From Escherichia phage ECML-183-2, in sequence record OL631481.1: a DNA stretch of 64,000 nucleotides; one strand, written 5' to 3'. A program made the position numbers and the translations under genes. Positions 9,028 through 18,045 of this stretch are shown piece by piece. Under the pieces are notes generated by a model. It had not been told where the DNA came from and ran no database searches. It saw nothing but the letters and a program-made list of their open reading frames with translations. Position 1 is the first letter of the stretch; every line of letters starts with the position of its first letter.

Positions 9028-9237
9028 TTAGTGAACTTCGTGCCAAGTGCCAAACTCTTCTGCTGATACTTTAGGAACGGCATGAGTTTCTCGATATTTG
9101 TTTAAAGCTTTCTCAATGGCTGTAGCAAAAACATCTTGTGATTTATAAGGCATATAATAAGAGCGTCCCATGTATGCCACTGCATCACGTAATTCTTCTG
9201 CTTGCTCTTGTGTAACTGTCAATGTGATAGTAACCAT
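9028..9237 (-). CDS. hypothetical protein (69 aa)
   Basis: start moved to ATG after GGAGGTG RBS. Confidence 0.4.
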   Translation of the reverse strand: MVTITLTVTQEQAEELRDAVAYMGRSYYMPYKSQDVFATAIEKALNKYRETHAVPKVSAEEFGTWHEVH

Positions 9238-9536
9238 TATTTCACCTCCGACCAATCAATAGTGATCCACTCGTATGCCCCGTTCAGATCCATTTCTTTA
9301 TAAACAATAAGCCCACGCTCACGAAGAATTGCTACTGCTTCATCCATCCACTTCACCTGATTGTAGATCGCCCCTGGGTGGGTAGGGGAATTATCTAGAC
9401 CAAAATCAGATGGCGTGAAATTTCTTGAAGAGTTTCCCGCTCGTGCTTCAGCAAAACATGTCTCGATCACTTCTTCAACAGGGAAGTTGAAGGAAGCTTC
9501 TTTTGCAATACGGCGTAACTGTTCAGTCAGATTCAT
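9237..9536 (-). CDS. hypothetical protein (99 aa)
   Basis: ORF with AAAGGAGA RBS. Confidence 0.45.
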   Translation of the reverse strand: MNLTEQLRRIAKEASFNFPVEEVIETCFAEARAGNSSRNFTPSDFGLDNSPTHPGAIYNQVKWMDEAVAILRERGLIVYKEMDLNGAYEWITIDWSEVK

Positions 9537-9563
9537 CTTATTCTCCTTTCGTTGTGTGAAACA

Positions 9564-10001
9564 TTACAGCAGATCTAATGCTTTCAACTCTTCTTTCAAT
9601 GATTCAGGCAGGTCACATTCAATGTCAATCAGAGATAACAAGTGACCAACAATGCCTTCCAGATGTTGATACTCACTATAACTTATAAATTCAGAATTGT
9701 AAACAGAAACATCCTTAGTTTCTTTCACAACTTCCCCCGCAGACACACACATAAAAAAGTTACGCTCTCCGCGAGCTAACAATATCTCCCAACTCCTGAA
9801 CGGATACTGTCCAGCTTCAATAATATCTCCGCTGTCCAATAAAGTCAATGAGCAAACAGACCCTGATTCACTAACATCTTCGACGCGGAAACAAGACCCT
9901 TCAATCAAAGCTGCCATTTTGAAATTTTCATCAGAAATCATAGAGAAAGCTTCACATGCAGCTTTGCTTTTGAAACAGTAAACAGCATTAACTTTGAACA
10001 T
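9564..10001 (-). CDS. paralog family B protein (145 aa)
   Basis: N-terminus MFKV..Y.FKS shared with 10011-10796 and 10809-11264; AAGGAG RBS. Confidence 0.5.
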   Translation of the reverse strand: MFKVNAVYCFKSKAACEAFSMISDENFKMAALIEGSCFRVEDVSESGSVCSLTLLDSGDIIEAGQYPFRSWEILLARGERNFFMCVSAGEVVKETKDVSVYNSEFISYSEYQHLEGIVGHLLSLIDIECDLPESLKEELKALDLL

Positions 10002-10010
10002 AATAGCTCC

Positions 10011-10796
10011 TTATTTTATTACCGCAGTAGGCTCAATACTAACAACACCAATACGCTCATAGATCTCAACAGTAGAAATTGGATATTCTTCCTTCATCTT
10101 TTTTGCTTCCGTGGCGATCTCTTCATAAGAATGTGACACCAATTGGACATTCATGCCTTTAACAATAGCATAGTGTTTAAAATTCGCTGCGGATTCCTCT
10201 TGTTTAGGCTCAACAACATCTTTAATATTTTTAAAATAAGGGTTATCGCTTTTGATTAGCAGTGCACAAGCTTCCTTGAACCAGCCTTCACCTGCTACAT
10301 GATTTGTATTACATACAAGCCTACGGATTGCTGTTACATCTTGTCCAACCATCTTTGTGATCACGAAAGGATCATCGCCAATAAGATCGGAAATTTTTCG
10401 GTTTACATTGTTTGTCGTTTGTCCTCCGTCAATATAATTGGCGAAAAGCTTACGATCTTGTTCACTTGCAAACTTATAGACACCACCTTCTACAAAGACA
10501 CAGCCTCCTGTAGGAGAATCTTCATAATCTTCAGGAGTATGTTCTTCAAAACGAGCATAATCCATACAACTTACAAGCTTATAACCTTCAGGGAAAAGCC
10601 CAGAACCAGCTTCGATGATTTTATTTGTGTCTAATACCTTCACCTTAGATACAGAACCAAGAAAATCAACATCCAAAACTTTAAACTTGCTATCTTGAAT
10701 GCAACCTACAAAGAAAGCGTTACCAATACTAGCTTTACCAAAATTCTTTTTGGTATCTTCCGATTTGAAATTATAAATAAAACCTACTTTAAACAT
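10011..10796 (-). CDS. paralog family B protein (261 aa)
   Basis: MFKVGFIYNFKSED N-terminus and IIEAG motif shared with family members; AAGGGG RBS. Confidence 0.5.
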   Translation of the reverse strand: MFKVGFIYNFKSEDTKKNFGKASIGNAFFVGCIQDSKFKVLDVDFLGSVSKVKVLDTNKIIEAGSGLFPEGYKLVSCMDYARFEEHTPEDYEDSPTGGCVFVEGGVYKFASEQDRKLFANYIDGGQTTNNVNRKISDLIGDDPFVITKMVGQDVTAIRRLVCNTNHVAGEGWFKEACALLIKSDNPYFKNIKDVVEPKQEESAANFKHYAIVKGMNVQLVSHSYEEIATEAKKMKEEYPISTVEIYERIGVVSIEPTAVIK

Positions 10797-10808
10797 AACA
10801 TTCCCCTT

Positions 10809-11264
10809 TTAAACAAAAGATACGCCGATGGTAGCAACAACCATACGTTTATAAACTTCAACCTCTTCTGTAGGATTAGCCATTTTATGCTCTGCTGCTT
10901 CTTTCAAAGCTTCTTCATAACTTTCAAATCCAGAAATACAGGTGTCATCAGTCATTACAACATACCACTCTTCTTTTGTTGTATCAACAGGTTCTTCTTG
11001 GGGTTTTCCACGACCACCACGAACACCACCGTCAACAAAATAATCTATATGAGCAGAATTGATTATGTAACGATCCCCATCACTAGCAGTGATAATACCG
11101 TCTCTCCCTATCACAACAATTGACAAGATATTACCATTTGCATCAGTGCTCAACACCTCGAAAAAATTCTCTCCAATGATAGCAGCAATACTGTTATCAA
11201 AGGTAGAATATAATCGCATATAGTCTTCATCCTGGAAACGGTAGACATGACCTTCTTTAAACAT
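10809..11264 (-). CDS. paralog family B protein (151 aa)
   Basis: MFKEGHVYRFQDED N-terminus; AGGAGGAGAG RBS. Confidence 0.5.
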   Translation of the reverse strand: MFKEGHVYRFQDEDYMRLYSTFDNSIAAIIGENFFEVLSTDANGNILSIVVIGRDGIITASDGDRYIINSAHIDYFVDGGVRGGRGKPQEEPVDTTKEEWYVVMTDDTCISGFESYEEALKEAAEHKMANPTEEVEVYKRMVVATIGVSFV

Positions 11265-11718
11265 TGCTCTCTCCTCCTAGTTCATCATACCATTTCAAAG
11301 CGTCTTTTGGAAGCATACCAAAATCTTCTTTTAGTTCTTTTTCAATCTCTTCTTGCATTTCCATCAGCATTTTCAATTGACGAACTTTTTTGTGCATAGC
11401 CACATTTCTTTCATTAAGATTTGTCACTACATTATTTGCACGACTTGGTGGAAATGACAAAGGTTTCACGGGAAGATAATCTTCAATATTATCTAGTGCG
11501 TTACGAAAATTATGATCCAAGAAACGCACATCTACACGATTGTAATCGGCAGCTACAACAGTGAACACTTTAAACGGCACATTGGATAAAGTATGTTGCA
11601 CACAGACAGTACCCATATTACCTTCAATTTTACTGGTAACTTCCAGCAAACCTGTATGAGCACTAACATAATCGTGAACACATTGCACATAAGCTGCCAG
11701 TATAGTGAATTGTCTCAT
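11257..11718 (-). CDS. hypothetical protein (153 aa)
   Basis: ORF with GGGGAGG RBS. Confidence 0.5.
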   Translation of the reverse strand: MRQFTILAAYVQCVHDYVSAHTGLLEVTSKIEGNMGTVCVQHTLSNVPFKVFTVVAADYNRVDVRFLDHNFRNALDNIEDYLPVKPLSFPPSRANNVVTNLNERNVAMHKKVRQLKMLMEMQEEIEKELKEDFGMLPKDALKWYDELGGESNV

Positions 11719-11963
11719 TTTCTACCTCCCCATAATGCTAACATTTTATTGAAAATGGAAACGCGTCGTGCGCGAGATGCCATATCATAATTCATTCTTT
11801 CCGTCTCTGCAAGAAATTGATCTACGGTAATCAACGCTTCTGTCTTCTCTTTCAGAGTTTGCATATTCATCCATTCACATTCAGAGTACCAATTATCGAA
11901 ATACAAACTATCAAGAAGATCCATTGCTGCTTCATTCTGTTGTGGTGTGATCATTGCACACAA
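11715..11963 (-). CDS. hypothetical protein (82 aa)
   Basis: ORF overlapping neighbours by 4 nt. Confidence 0.45.
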   Translation of the reverse strand: MCAMITPQQNEAAMDLLDSLYFDNWYSECEWMNMQTLKEKTEALITVDQFLAETERMNYDMASRARRVSIFNKMLALWGGRK

Positions 11964-11966
11964 CCC

Positions 11967-12188
11967 TTAATAGACAATTTCATATTCGTGAGGAAAGAAA
12001 ACATAATCTTCCCCTTCTCGTGCATCTATCTCGTCCCAAAACCATTCCTGCACTTCCATCATCTTCGAGAATCGCACATGAGCAAGCCCACTGTATTCCA
12101 CAGTAGCTTCCAACACAAGTGGAAATTTTGCATGGACAAGTCCTTTATAACCACCATCATTCTCAATACGAATTTTCATGCGTTTCAT
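11967..12188 (-). CDS. paralog family C protein
   Basis: W.WF..E.D..EGEDYVFF motif shared with 7632-7853; start position approximate. Confidence 0.4.
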   Translation of the reverse strand: MKRMKIRIENDGGYKGLVHAKFPLVLEATVEYSGLAHVRFSKMMEVQEWFWDEIDAREGEDYVFFPHEYEIVY

Positions 12189-12189
12189 G

Positions 12190-12399
12190 TTATGCATCCT
12201 TCAGACCCTTAATAAAGTAACGACCAACCGGATTCCCTCGGAAGTATTCGTTAATGAAATCGATAACACACGTTTCACTGCCTGTCACAACGGACGGCTT
12301 AAAGTTTTGGAATTCTACAGCTACACGGCTGGCTTTAGCCAGTGCTTGCACACGTGTAGGATCAGTCAAGAACATTGTGACAGTTTTCAAATTCTTCAT
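12190..12399 (-). CDS. hypothetical protein (69 aa)
   Basis: ORF with GAGGAGA RBS. Confidence 0.45.
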   Translation of the reverse strand: MKNLKTVTMFLTDPTRVQALAKASRVAVEFQNFKPSVVTGSETCVIDFINEYFRGNPVGRYFIKGLKDA

Positions 12400-12448
12400 T
12401 TCATCTCCTCATTGGCTATCTGTTATGTCGTCCATTATACAAACATCT

Positions 12449-12787
12449 TTATTCAATGCAAGCATTATTTGCATCTTCAATGCGATCTTTCACCCACTGA
12501 AGACGTAACTCGTTGGTATGACACGCTAAACCTATGCACTCTGAAAGGTAATCCATGCAATCTGCATTAAACGGGAAATTGTAATCTAGTCCTGCACCAA
12601 TAAACTGGGATTTCATCTCTTGTTGTAGACGAGGTAACAGTTCATCAGGGTATGTTCCCTCTACATACTTAATCAAACATATGCACAAACCACTCGTTGT
12701 GTGACCTTCTACCTCACCAGCAAGCCAAGCTTTGTAAAACTTCATTAGACGTAAACTACTTAACGGAACATTTTTACTCTCTTGCAT
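12449..12787 (-). CDS. paralog family A protein
   Basis: GAGGAG RBS; motifs FYKAWL, GLC.CL, FPFN, WVKDR. Confidence 0.5.
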   Translation of the reverse strand: MQESKNVPLSSLRLMKFYKAWLAGEVEGHTTSGLCICLIKYVEGTYPDELLPRLQQEMKSQFIGAGLDYNFPFNADCMDYLSECIGLACHTNELRLQWVKDRIEDANNACIE

Positions 12788-13130
12788 GACAATCTCCTCT
12801 CATCGTTAGCCATCTTTCATGGCAATCATCAATCACCAACATCATACGATCAATCTTAAGGAATTACAATCGAATTATCATAGGGGATTCCTATCAATTA
12901 TCCCATATATACCGATTATTTTTGACACCCCATTCTTGTATAAAAAGTAACCCAAAATATCCACGGGGAGAGATTATTTCGACACACCCTGTTTCATGGC
13001 AATCATGGCAAGAATATCTAATAGAATCAATATCATATGGCAAAAATCATGGCGCATACGTAAGAAGTGCTTAACGCGAATTTTCGGGCCGTCAGGTCCA
13101 CGCAGCGACAATTCCCAAATATCATGCGAA

Positions 13131-13149
13131 TGAGAATAATTATCATTCG
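13131..13149. promoter_or_regulatory. Fur-box-like palindromic site
   Basis: GAGAATAATTATCATTCGT, 12 of 19 matches to GATAATGATAATCATTATC. Confidence 0.25.
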
Positions 13150-13310
13150 TATTCAATGACTTATGCAAGGCTCATGCCAACATAGCGACAAGGTGGGCCA
13201 CCTGATTATAAATCACACAAACACTTATTTATCAATGGTTTGGCAACTTCATCATATGACGGAACAATGTCAACTAATCCCGCTCATGACAGACGGACTA
13301 TTATTTATAT

Positions 13311-13329
13311 GAGAATGATTATTATTTAA
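13311..13329. promoter_or_regulatory. Fur-box-like palindromic site
   Basis: GAGAATGATTATTATTTAA. Confidence 0.25.
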
Positions 13330-14363
13330 ACGTTTATTAACATATAAACTAAAATAAATCAAGAATTTTCTGATTTTATTTACGTTTAAGAGAAGGTGCT
13401 CAACATCCTACCGGATCGCCGTTGGCAATCCTCGGATATTTACGCCCCCATGATTAAGGTTTATCTCTTTTATAGCTCAACATTCCCGCCTGTGGCGGTA
13501 ACATTTCGCCCCCAAAATTATTGACTTTTATTCTATTATGTGCATAGTGTGCAATGTATCGGAATGATGATAATCATCCTCCCATTGCCCCCATAATTAT
13601 TGCCATGCTAATTGTTTCATTACGTAATTATTACAATGACTATTGTTATTGCGCTAATGTTATGATCTTGGTAATTACATATAATGCTAATAATAAGCCA
13701 GCGCAATAAGTGTAAGCGTCATTACGCTTGCAATTATTGCAAGCTACGCAGTAACAAGAAATAACCATCACCGATGGTTATGATTGTTGGGGTGTAGTTG
13801 GCTTATTATTAGCTCGCTATGTGTCCGGCATAGCGTGCTAATGATGACTCTGTGAATGATTCGTTTTGTAATGATTTCATTCAGGCACTATTTTGCTAAT
13901 AGTTATTATTTTAATGGTTTCGTTTGTTATTGTTCGTTAGTTGGTTGTTTTGTCGTGTTATCGTTATTTTGCTTAGTATTTATCATGGTTTGATTGTTTG
14001 TCGTTATCAATCATCTTGCTATTATTCCTTTGATTATGATTAGTTTGCTTATTGTTTTATGTTGTTTGTTGGTTAGTTGTTGCGAACTATTATCAACATT
14101 ATAATTATGCGCTTATATTGCATAGATAATCATGGGTAGATGATAATGGTTATCATTGCACTAGAAAGGAGGTAAAAGGGTGTTTTTGATGGTTTGTTGT
14201 TGGTTGTTGATCGATTTTAACCGCTCTAAATAGCTCTCTAACAGCCTGTTGCCCTGGGATGTATGGTTATTCGTTTAATGGTCGATTAGCTCGATACCGT
14301 GATTTATTCAGTTTTGTTCTGTGTCGGTTTTTCATAGGCGAAAGCTATCAACATTGTTCGGGC

Positions 14364-14390
14364 AAAAAGAAAGGGCGCTTTGTGCGCCCT
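14364..14390 (-). terminator. rho-independent terminator closing the minus-strand array
   Basis: hairpin AGGGCGC-tttgt-GCGCCCT followed on the minus strand by TTTCTTTTT. Confidence 0.55.
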
Positions 14391-14405
14391 GGTATGAAAT
14401 GTTAT

Positions 14406-14788
14406 TTACTGATAAGCTGGATCGTTTGTTATATCAATCCAATGAGATAAATTAATTTTATTTTTTGCTTTCATTTTCTCGATCAAACGTTCGGCTAATG
14501 TCTCGGAACGAATATAAACGTTTTCGCTAAAATCTTGCCCCGTTTCTTCGTCGATCATCTCACGATATTCGATTTTTCCGATAAACGCGTGATTCAGCGC
14601 ATAAGTTTTACCCGTGTACCAGTTATGCAAATGGATCTCACATTTATAATCATCGCTATACCCTTCGGTTGTTCTAACTTCAACCAGGTCGCCTTTAAAC
14701 ACTGATAAGCACCACATAGGATCACGGTCTACAGCGCCGTTAAAGTCTTTACCGTTTACAGTCGCTGCCAGGTTGATGATATTGCTCA
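14406..14788 (-). CDS. hypothetical protein (127 aa)
   Basis: start set at ATG downstream of promoter 14822-14864; GAGG RBS. Confidence 0.5.
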
Positions 14789-14821
14789 TGGTGATTCCTC
14801 GTTTACCGTTTAAAATGATTT

Positions 14822-14864
14822 GCCCTACGTGATAAATAATAATGCAAGCGTGATCCGGTGTCAA
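14822..14864 (-). promoter_or_regulatory. early promoter cassette (variant without GC hairpin)
   Basis: minus strand TTGACA-N17-TATTAT then conserved ttatcACGTAGGGC leader. Confidence 0.55.
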
Positions 14865-15038
14865 TAGGTAAAATTGTAAAGATTTGATAGTTTGTTCCTT
14901 TGATGTTTTGTTGTTTGATAGGCGTTAGTTATCAATATATAGCGGGGTCTTCCGGTGATTATCTTCCCCTGCTCCCAGGTGCCGCCCGTTCAATAAGTAT
15001 AACAAAAAATAGGACTATTGCAAGCCCTATTTATTATC

Positions 15039-15173
15039 TTAAAACCAGGTGCCAACCGTTTCCAATAGGTCACTGACTACAAGGACAACACTGATCAGCA
15101 CATGTTCAACCATGAAAGGGATAAGCGCCAGCGTTGCTACTACGATCCCCATTGTGATGATTACCTTTCTCAT
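15039..15173 (-). CDS. small hydrophobic peptide (44 aa)
   Basis: ATGA start/stop overlap with upstream gene; hand-translated, two hydrophobic segments. Confidence 0.3.
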   Translation of the reverse strand: MRKVIITMGIVVATLALIPFMVEHVLISVVLVVSDLLETVGTWF

Positions 15174-15460
15174 TGTTGGCGGTTTACGTAAGCTTTACCG
15201 TTTACGGTCATCGGTATGGCCTCAAGGTCTGGATCTTCCTTAAGGTCGCGTGCAAGCTCACCGCAGCGGATACCCTCGAATCCGTAGTACTCTGTTGTGC
15301 CGTCCTGGAAAGTTTTAGCGGCAAGGCATAGGCGATAATTAACGCCGATCCGGTTTATTGCGTTGATATCGGTTAGCGTGATGGATTCTGGCAACTCATT
15401 AGCCAGTACAGGCGCGTTAATACCAACAACCAGGGCAACTACTGCGATCATCTTTTTCAT
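15170..15460 (-). CDS. secreted protein with signal peptide (96 aa)
   Basis: MKKMIAVVALVVGINAPVLA N-terminus. Confidence 0.5.
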   Translation of the reverse strand: MKKMIAVVALVVGINAPVLANELPESITLTDINAINRIGVNYRLCLAAKTFQDGTTEYYGFEGIRCGELARDLKEDPDLEAIPMTVNGKAYVNRQQ

Positions 15461-15514
15461 GCGTCTATCCTCTTCCTATTGCGTTTAATGGGGCGTTACC
15501 GCCCCGCTTATGGT

Positions 15515-15751
15515 TTATTGATTGATGTTATGATGAAAGTTATTTTCTTCAATAGCTTTTAAAATAAAAGCCGTGATCGCTTTCGTGTCTACTTGTTCGA
15601 ACGTATCAGAATAAGCCCAATAATAATCATCCCCTACTTTCGGCGGGTAAACCTGGACAAGGAGATCGCCACCTGGTTGATCTATAAGCTCAACATGTAA
15701 GCCGGATGATTCAGCGGTTTTAACGGCGTTTAATACTGTTGCAATACTCAT
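15515..15751 (-). CDS. hypothetical protein (78 aa)
   Basis: AAAGGAAAAG RBS; preceded by GC hairpin. Confidence 0.5.
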   Translation of the reverse strand: MSIATVLNAVKTAESSGLHVELIDQPGGDLLVQVYPPKVGDDYYWAYSDTFEQVDTKAITAFILKAIEENNFHHNINQ

Positions 15752-15795
15752 AATCTTTTCCTTTCTGATGTGGGGCGTTGCCGCCCCTTTGTTGA

Positions 15796-16095
15796 TTAGA
15801 TCGCTGTTTCCAGTAGTTCGGCTAACGTCTTACCGCCTGATAGTTGGTCTAACGTTTGCTCTTCTGGCAAGAAATTAGCTGATATTAATCCGACTTGATT
15901 TCCTTTGTGCCAATTAGCTTGACGGATGATTCCATCCTTTAAAGATTTTACCGCCATTGTGCAACCGTCGCCAAATGATTCATTTTTATGATCCATTACT
16001 TCATAAGCGCCCAGCTTGCTGCTGTTAGGCACCATTAACGCGAATACATCACCAACAACCAGCTTTTCTACGGTAACAATAGCGATAGTTTCCAT
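15796..16095 (-). CDS. hypothetical protein (99 aa)
   Basis: first gene downstream of cassette 16115-16170. Confidence 0.5.
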   Translation of the reverse strand: METIAIVTVEKLVVGDVFALMVPNSSKLGAYEVMDHKNESFGDGCTMAVKSLKDGIIRQANWHKGNQVGLISANFLPEEQTLDQLSGGKTLAELLETAI

Positions 16096-16114
16096 TTTAC
16101 TTTCCTCATTATCG

Positions 16115-16170
16115 GCGGCACCATTGCCGCCCTACGCATTAAATATAAGTTATCTAAGAGATTAGATCAA
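16115..16170 (-). promoter_or_regulatory. promoter plus leader-hairpin cassette
   Basis: minus strand TTGATC-N16-TTATAT, leader GCGTAGGG and hairpin GCGGCAATGGTGCCGC. Confidence 0.55.
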
Positions 16171-16173
16171 GGA

Positions 16174-16365
16174 TTATTTTGTAAAGATTACAGCTTCATC
16201 AAAATTTTCAACATAGTAAGCAAGCTCTTCATTTGCTGCAACCATTCCTAAAAGTTGGCTATAAGATAAACCTTTGATCCCTTCCTCGTTGTTTAATGCT
16301 TCGATGATTTCATCAACGGGCGCAAAAAACATGTTATTCGATTCCAGGTAGGAGATGGTTTTCAT
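16174..16365 (-). CDS. hypothetical protein (63 aa)
   Basis: downstream of cassette 16387-16442. Confidence 0.5.
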   Translation of the reverse strand: MKTISYLESNNMFFAPVDEIIEALNNEEGIKGLSYSQLLGMVAANEELAYYVENFDEAVIFTK

Positions 16366-16386
16366 AATGTTTACCTTTTTCGGGGA

Positions 16387-16442
16387 GCGGCACCATTGCC
16401 GCCCTACGTGGTAAATATTAGCACACTGGCGATCTGTGTCAA
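16387..16442 (-). promoter_or_regulatory. promoter plus leader-hairpin cassette
   Basis: TTGACA-N16-TAATAT, ttaccACGTAGGG, hairpin GCGGCAATGGTGCCGC. Confidence 0.6.
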
Positions 16443-16448
16443 TACTTT

Positions 16449-16835
16449 TTATTCAATATAAATCAAATTATCTTCACCAATGTAAGCCGACACGTTCGGC
16501 ATAAACTTAGCTGCATTGGTTAGGCGGTTCGCCGTGTTAGTGGTGTATATTTCAGGGCGATCCCAAAAGCCTACGCCGTGACCGTTACGGGTAAAATGTA
16601 AATCATTCCCGATCTGGTTGGCTGTTGCGCCGTCGCTCATTGCCTCAGAGATAGCGGCAAGATTAGCATTAATAAAGGCTGTTACATCCTGGGCGATCCG
16701 TTGATGGGCTTGATCTGAAAAATCATAATCAGTCATGTCATCTATAAAATTACCTTCATGATCCCTTGCGGATTCAGCAAAAATAAAGGCTTCTTTATAA
16801 CCGTTGATGATTTCAATAATGATTTCTGTTTTCAT
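16449..16835 (-). CDS. hypothetical protein (128 aa)
   Basis: ATGA-coupled to upstream ORF. Confidence 0.5.
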   Translation of the reverse strand: MKTEIIIEIINGYKEAFIFAESARDHEGNFIDDMTDYDFSDQAHQRIAQDVTAFINANLAAISEAMSDGATANQIGNDLHFTRNGHGVGFWDRPEIYTTNTANRLTNAAKFMPNVSAYIGEDNLIYIE

Positions 16836-17056
16836 GCTGTACGCTCGACAATAATAATAGTTTGCGGGATCTCGTTTTCTACTACTAACAAGGCTTTTTT
16901 CTGTGTGATAGATATTTTAACACGTTGTAAAGTAGCGGTGAAATCTTTCATTTCATTATGCGCGGACTTCGTGCAATGCCAGATCTCAGGCTTACCAACT
17001 TGTAAGCCGCGTAAAAATTCCGTTTTGCCTGTTTTGTTCGTGATCATTTGTTTCAC
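16832..17056 (-). CDS. hypothetical protein (74 aa)
   Basis: AAGGTGA RBS. Confidence 0.5.
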   Translation of the reverse strand: MKQMITNKTGKTEFLRGLQVGKPEIWHCTKSAHNEMKDFTATLQRVKISITQKKALLVVENEIPQTIIIVERTA

Positions 17057-17057
17057 C

Positions 17058-17162
17058 TTAACCGATACCGTGGGAAGATAGGATCATGTTAGCCATAGTT
17101 GCAACCACTCCAACCGATAACGCCAGGCCCACTATTACAACCGTGAAAATTTTCTCTAACAT
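17058..17162 (-). CDS. small hydrophobic peptide (34 aa)
   Basis: track ORF trimmed to ATG downstream of the cassette; GAGGG RBS. Confidence 0.35.
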   Translation of the reverse strand: MLEKIFTVVIVGLALSVGVVATMANMILSSHGIG

Positions 17163-17180
17163 GATTCTACCCTCATTAAT

Positions 17181-17242
17181 GGGCGTTGCACCATTGCCCC
17201 GCCCTACGTAATACACTTTACCAGATAACAAATTATTGTCAA
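17181..17242 (-). promoter_or_regulatory. promoter plus leader-hairpin cassette
   Basis: TTGACA-N16-TAAAGT, ACGTAGGG, GC hairpin. Confidence 0.55.
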
Positions 17243-17306
17243 GGTTTATTTTACTTCCCAAACGGAAAATTCACTGCGTGGCGGGAAGTATTCCCCGCCT
17301 TATTAA

Positions 17307-17477
17307 TTACTCTTCATCGTCGCCGTTATAGTATTCAATGCCGTTTTCATCGGTTACGGTGATGTTAACGCCACCGATAGCAACACGATCACGGGCAAAC
17401 GTCATAGCTTCATTTAAATCTTCAGACCAAAAAATATTGTGACCTTTGCGCGATACATAAAACATAGTCGGGATCAT
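17307..17477 (-). CDS. hypothetical protein (56 aa)
   Basis: track ORF trimmed to ATG (MIPTMF) downstream of hairpin. Confidence 0.45.
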   Translation of the reverse strand: MIPTMFYVSRKGHNIFWSEDLNEAMTFARDRVAIGGVNITVTDENGIEYYNGDDEE

Positions 17478-17499
17478 GATTTGTTTCTCTTCTGTTGTG

Positions 17500-17561
17500 A
17501 GCGGTGGACCATTCCGCCGCCCTATGTGGTAAACTTTACTACGTTGTTTGCCTGTTGTCAA
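17500..17561 (-). promoter_or_regulatory. promoter plus leader-hairpin cassette
   Basis: TTGACA-N17-TAAAGT, ttaccACATAGGG, hairpin GGCGGCGGAATGGTCCACCGC. Confidence 0.6.
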
Positions 17562-17562
17562 A

Positions 17563-17847
17563 TTATTTTTTAATGTTTTGCCCTACAAAATTGATCACTT
17601 CCTTAAGCTGTCTCTCTGTCATGATCGTACCTGGTAACTCTTCTTTAATTTCTTCCGGTAAATAGATATTACCGCGCCAGGTTAACAAACAACCGTTTTG
17701 ATCTTCGCAGATAGAATAAGAAAACATCCACTCGCAATCATTTTCAAGCTCCCAAAAACACAAAAAGTCTTCTTTCCCTAAGTTTTCAACGGTTAAACAT
17801 AATCCGCGACGTGCTGCATAATTAGTCAGGCTTTTTGTGATTTTCAT
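17563..17847 (-). CDS. hypothetical Cys-rich protein (94 aa)
   Basis: track ORF trimmed to ATG (MKITKS) downstream of hairpin. Confidence 0.5.
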   Translation of the reverse strand: MKITKSLTNYAARRGLCLTVENLGKEDFLCFWELENDCEWMFSYSICEDQNGCLLTWRGNIYLPEEIKEELPGTIMTERQLKEVINFVGQNIKK

Positions 17848-17869
17848 GATTTTTCTCTCTTCTTGTGAG

Positions 17870-17924
17870 CGGCACCATTGCCGCCCTACAAGATACATAT
17901 TATCAGACTAGGCGGACTTGTCAA
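17870..17924 (-). promoter_or_regulatory. promoter plus leader-hairpin cassette
   Basis: TTGACA-N16-TAATAT, hairpin GCGGCAATGGTGCCGC. Confidence 0.6.
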
Positions 17925-17925
17925 A

Positions 17926-18036
17926 CTATTTTTTCTTTTTCTTTGCTTCCAACCGTCTAAGGTTACGGCTTGACTTATTTCGCAAGGCGCTTAGATCGTC
18001 GTACCCTTTCCATGCTTGCATATCTTTCGGATTCAT
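17926..18036 (-). CDS. small basic protein (36 aa)
   Basis: hand-translated MNPKDMQAWKGYDD...; AAGGGG RBS. Confidence 0.3.
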   Translation of the reverse strand: MNPKDMQAWKGYDDLSALRNKSSRNLRRLEAKKKKK

Positions 18037-18045
18037 GTTATCCCC

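Larger units (their letters stand above)
12788..14363. other. ORF-free intergenic region with plus-strand G+T skew and internal short repeats
   Basis: no ORF with credible start or RBS; 13560-14240 is almost devoid of A-runs and C on the plus strand. Confidence 0.6.

Noticed and set aside
12915-12945. Plus-strand TTGACA followed by TATAAA
   Set aside because: Spacer is only about 11 nt and no plus-strand gene follows; likely chance.
12974-13168. ORFs 12974-13168 (minus) and 14259-14450 (plus) in the large intergenic region
   Set aside because: No ATG start with RBS (the first begins with TTG), overlap with palindromes and the terminator, and composition unlike neighbouring genes.
17563-17898. 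N-terminal extensions of track ORFs reading through the promoter and hairpin (17563-17898, 17307-17561, 17058-17261, 18791-19081, 23742-24074, 24107-24382, 14406-14864)
   Set aside because: The extended starts lie upstream of the predicted transcription start or inside the leader hairpin; an internal ATG with a proper RBS follows the hairpin, so the shorter ORF was annotated.
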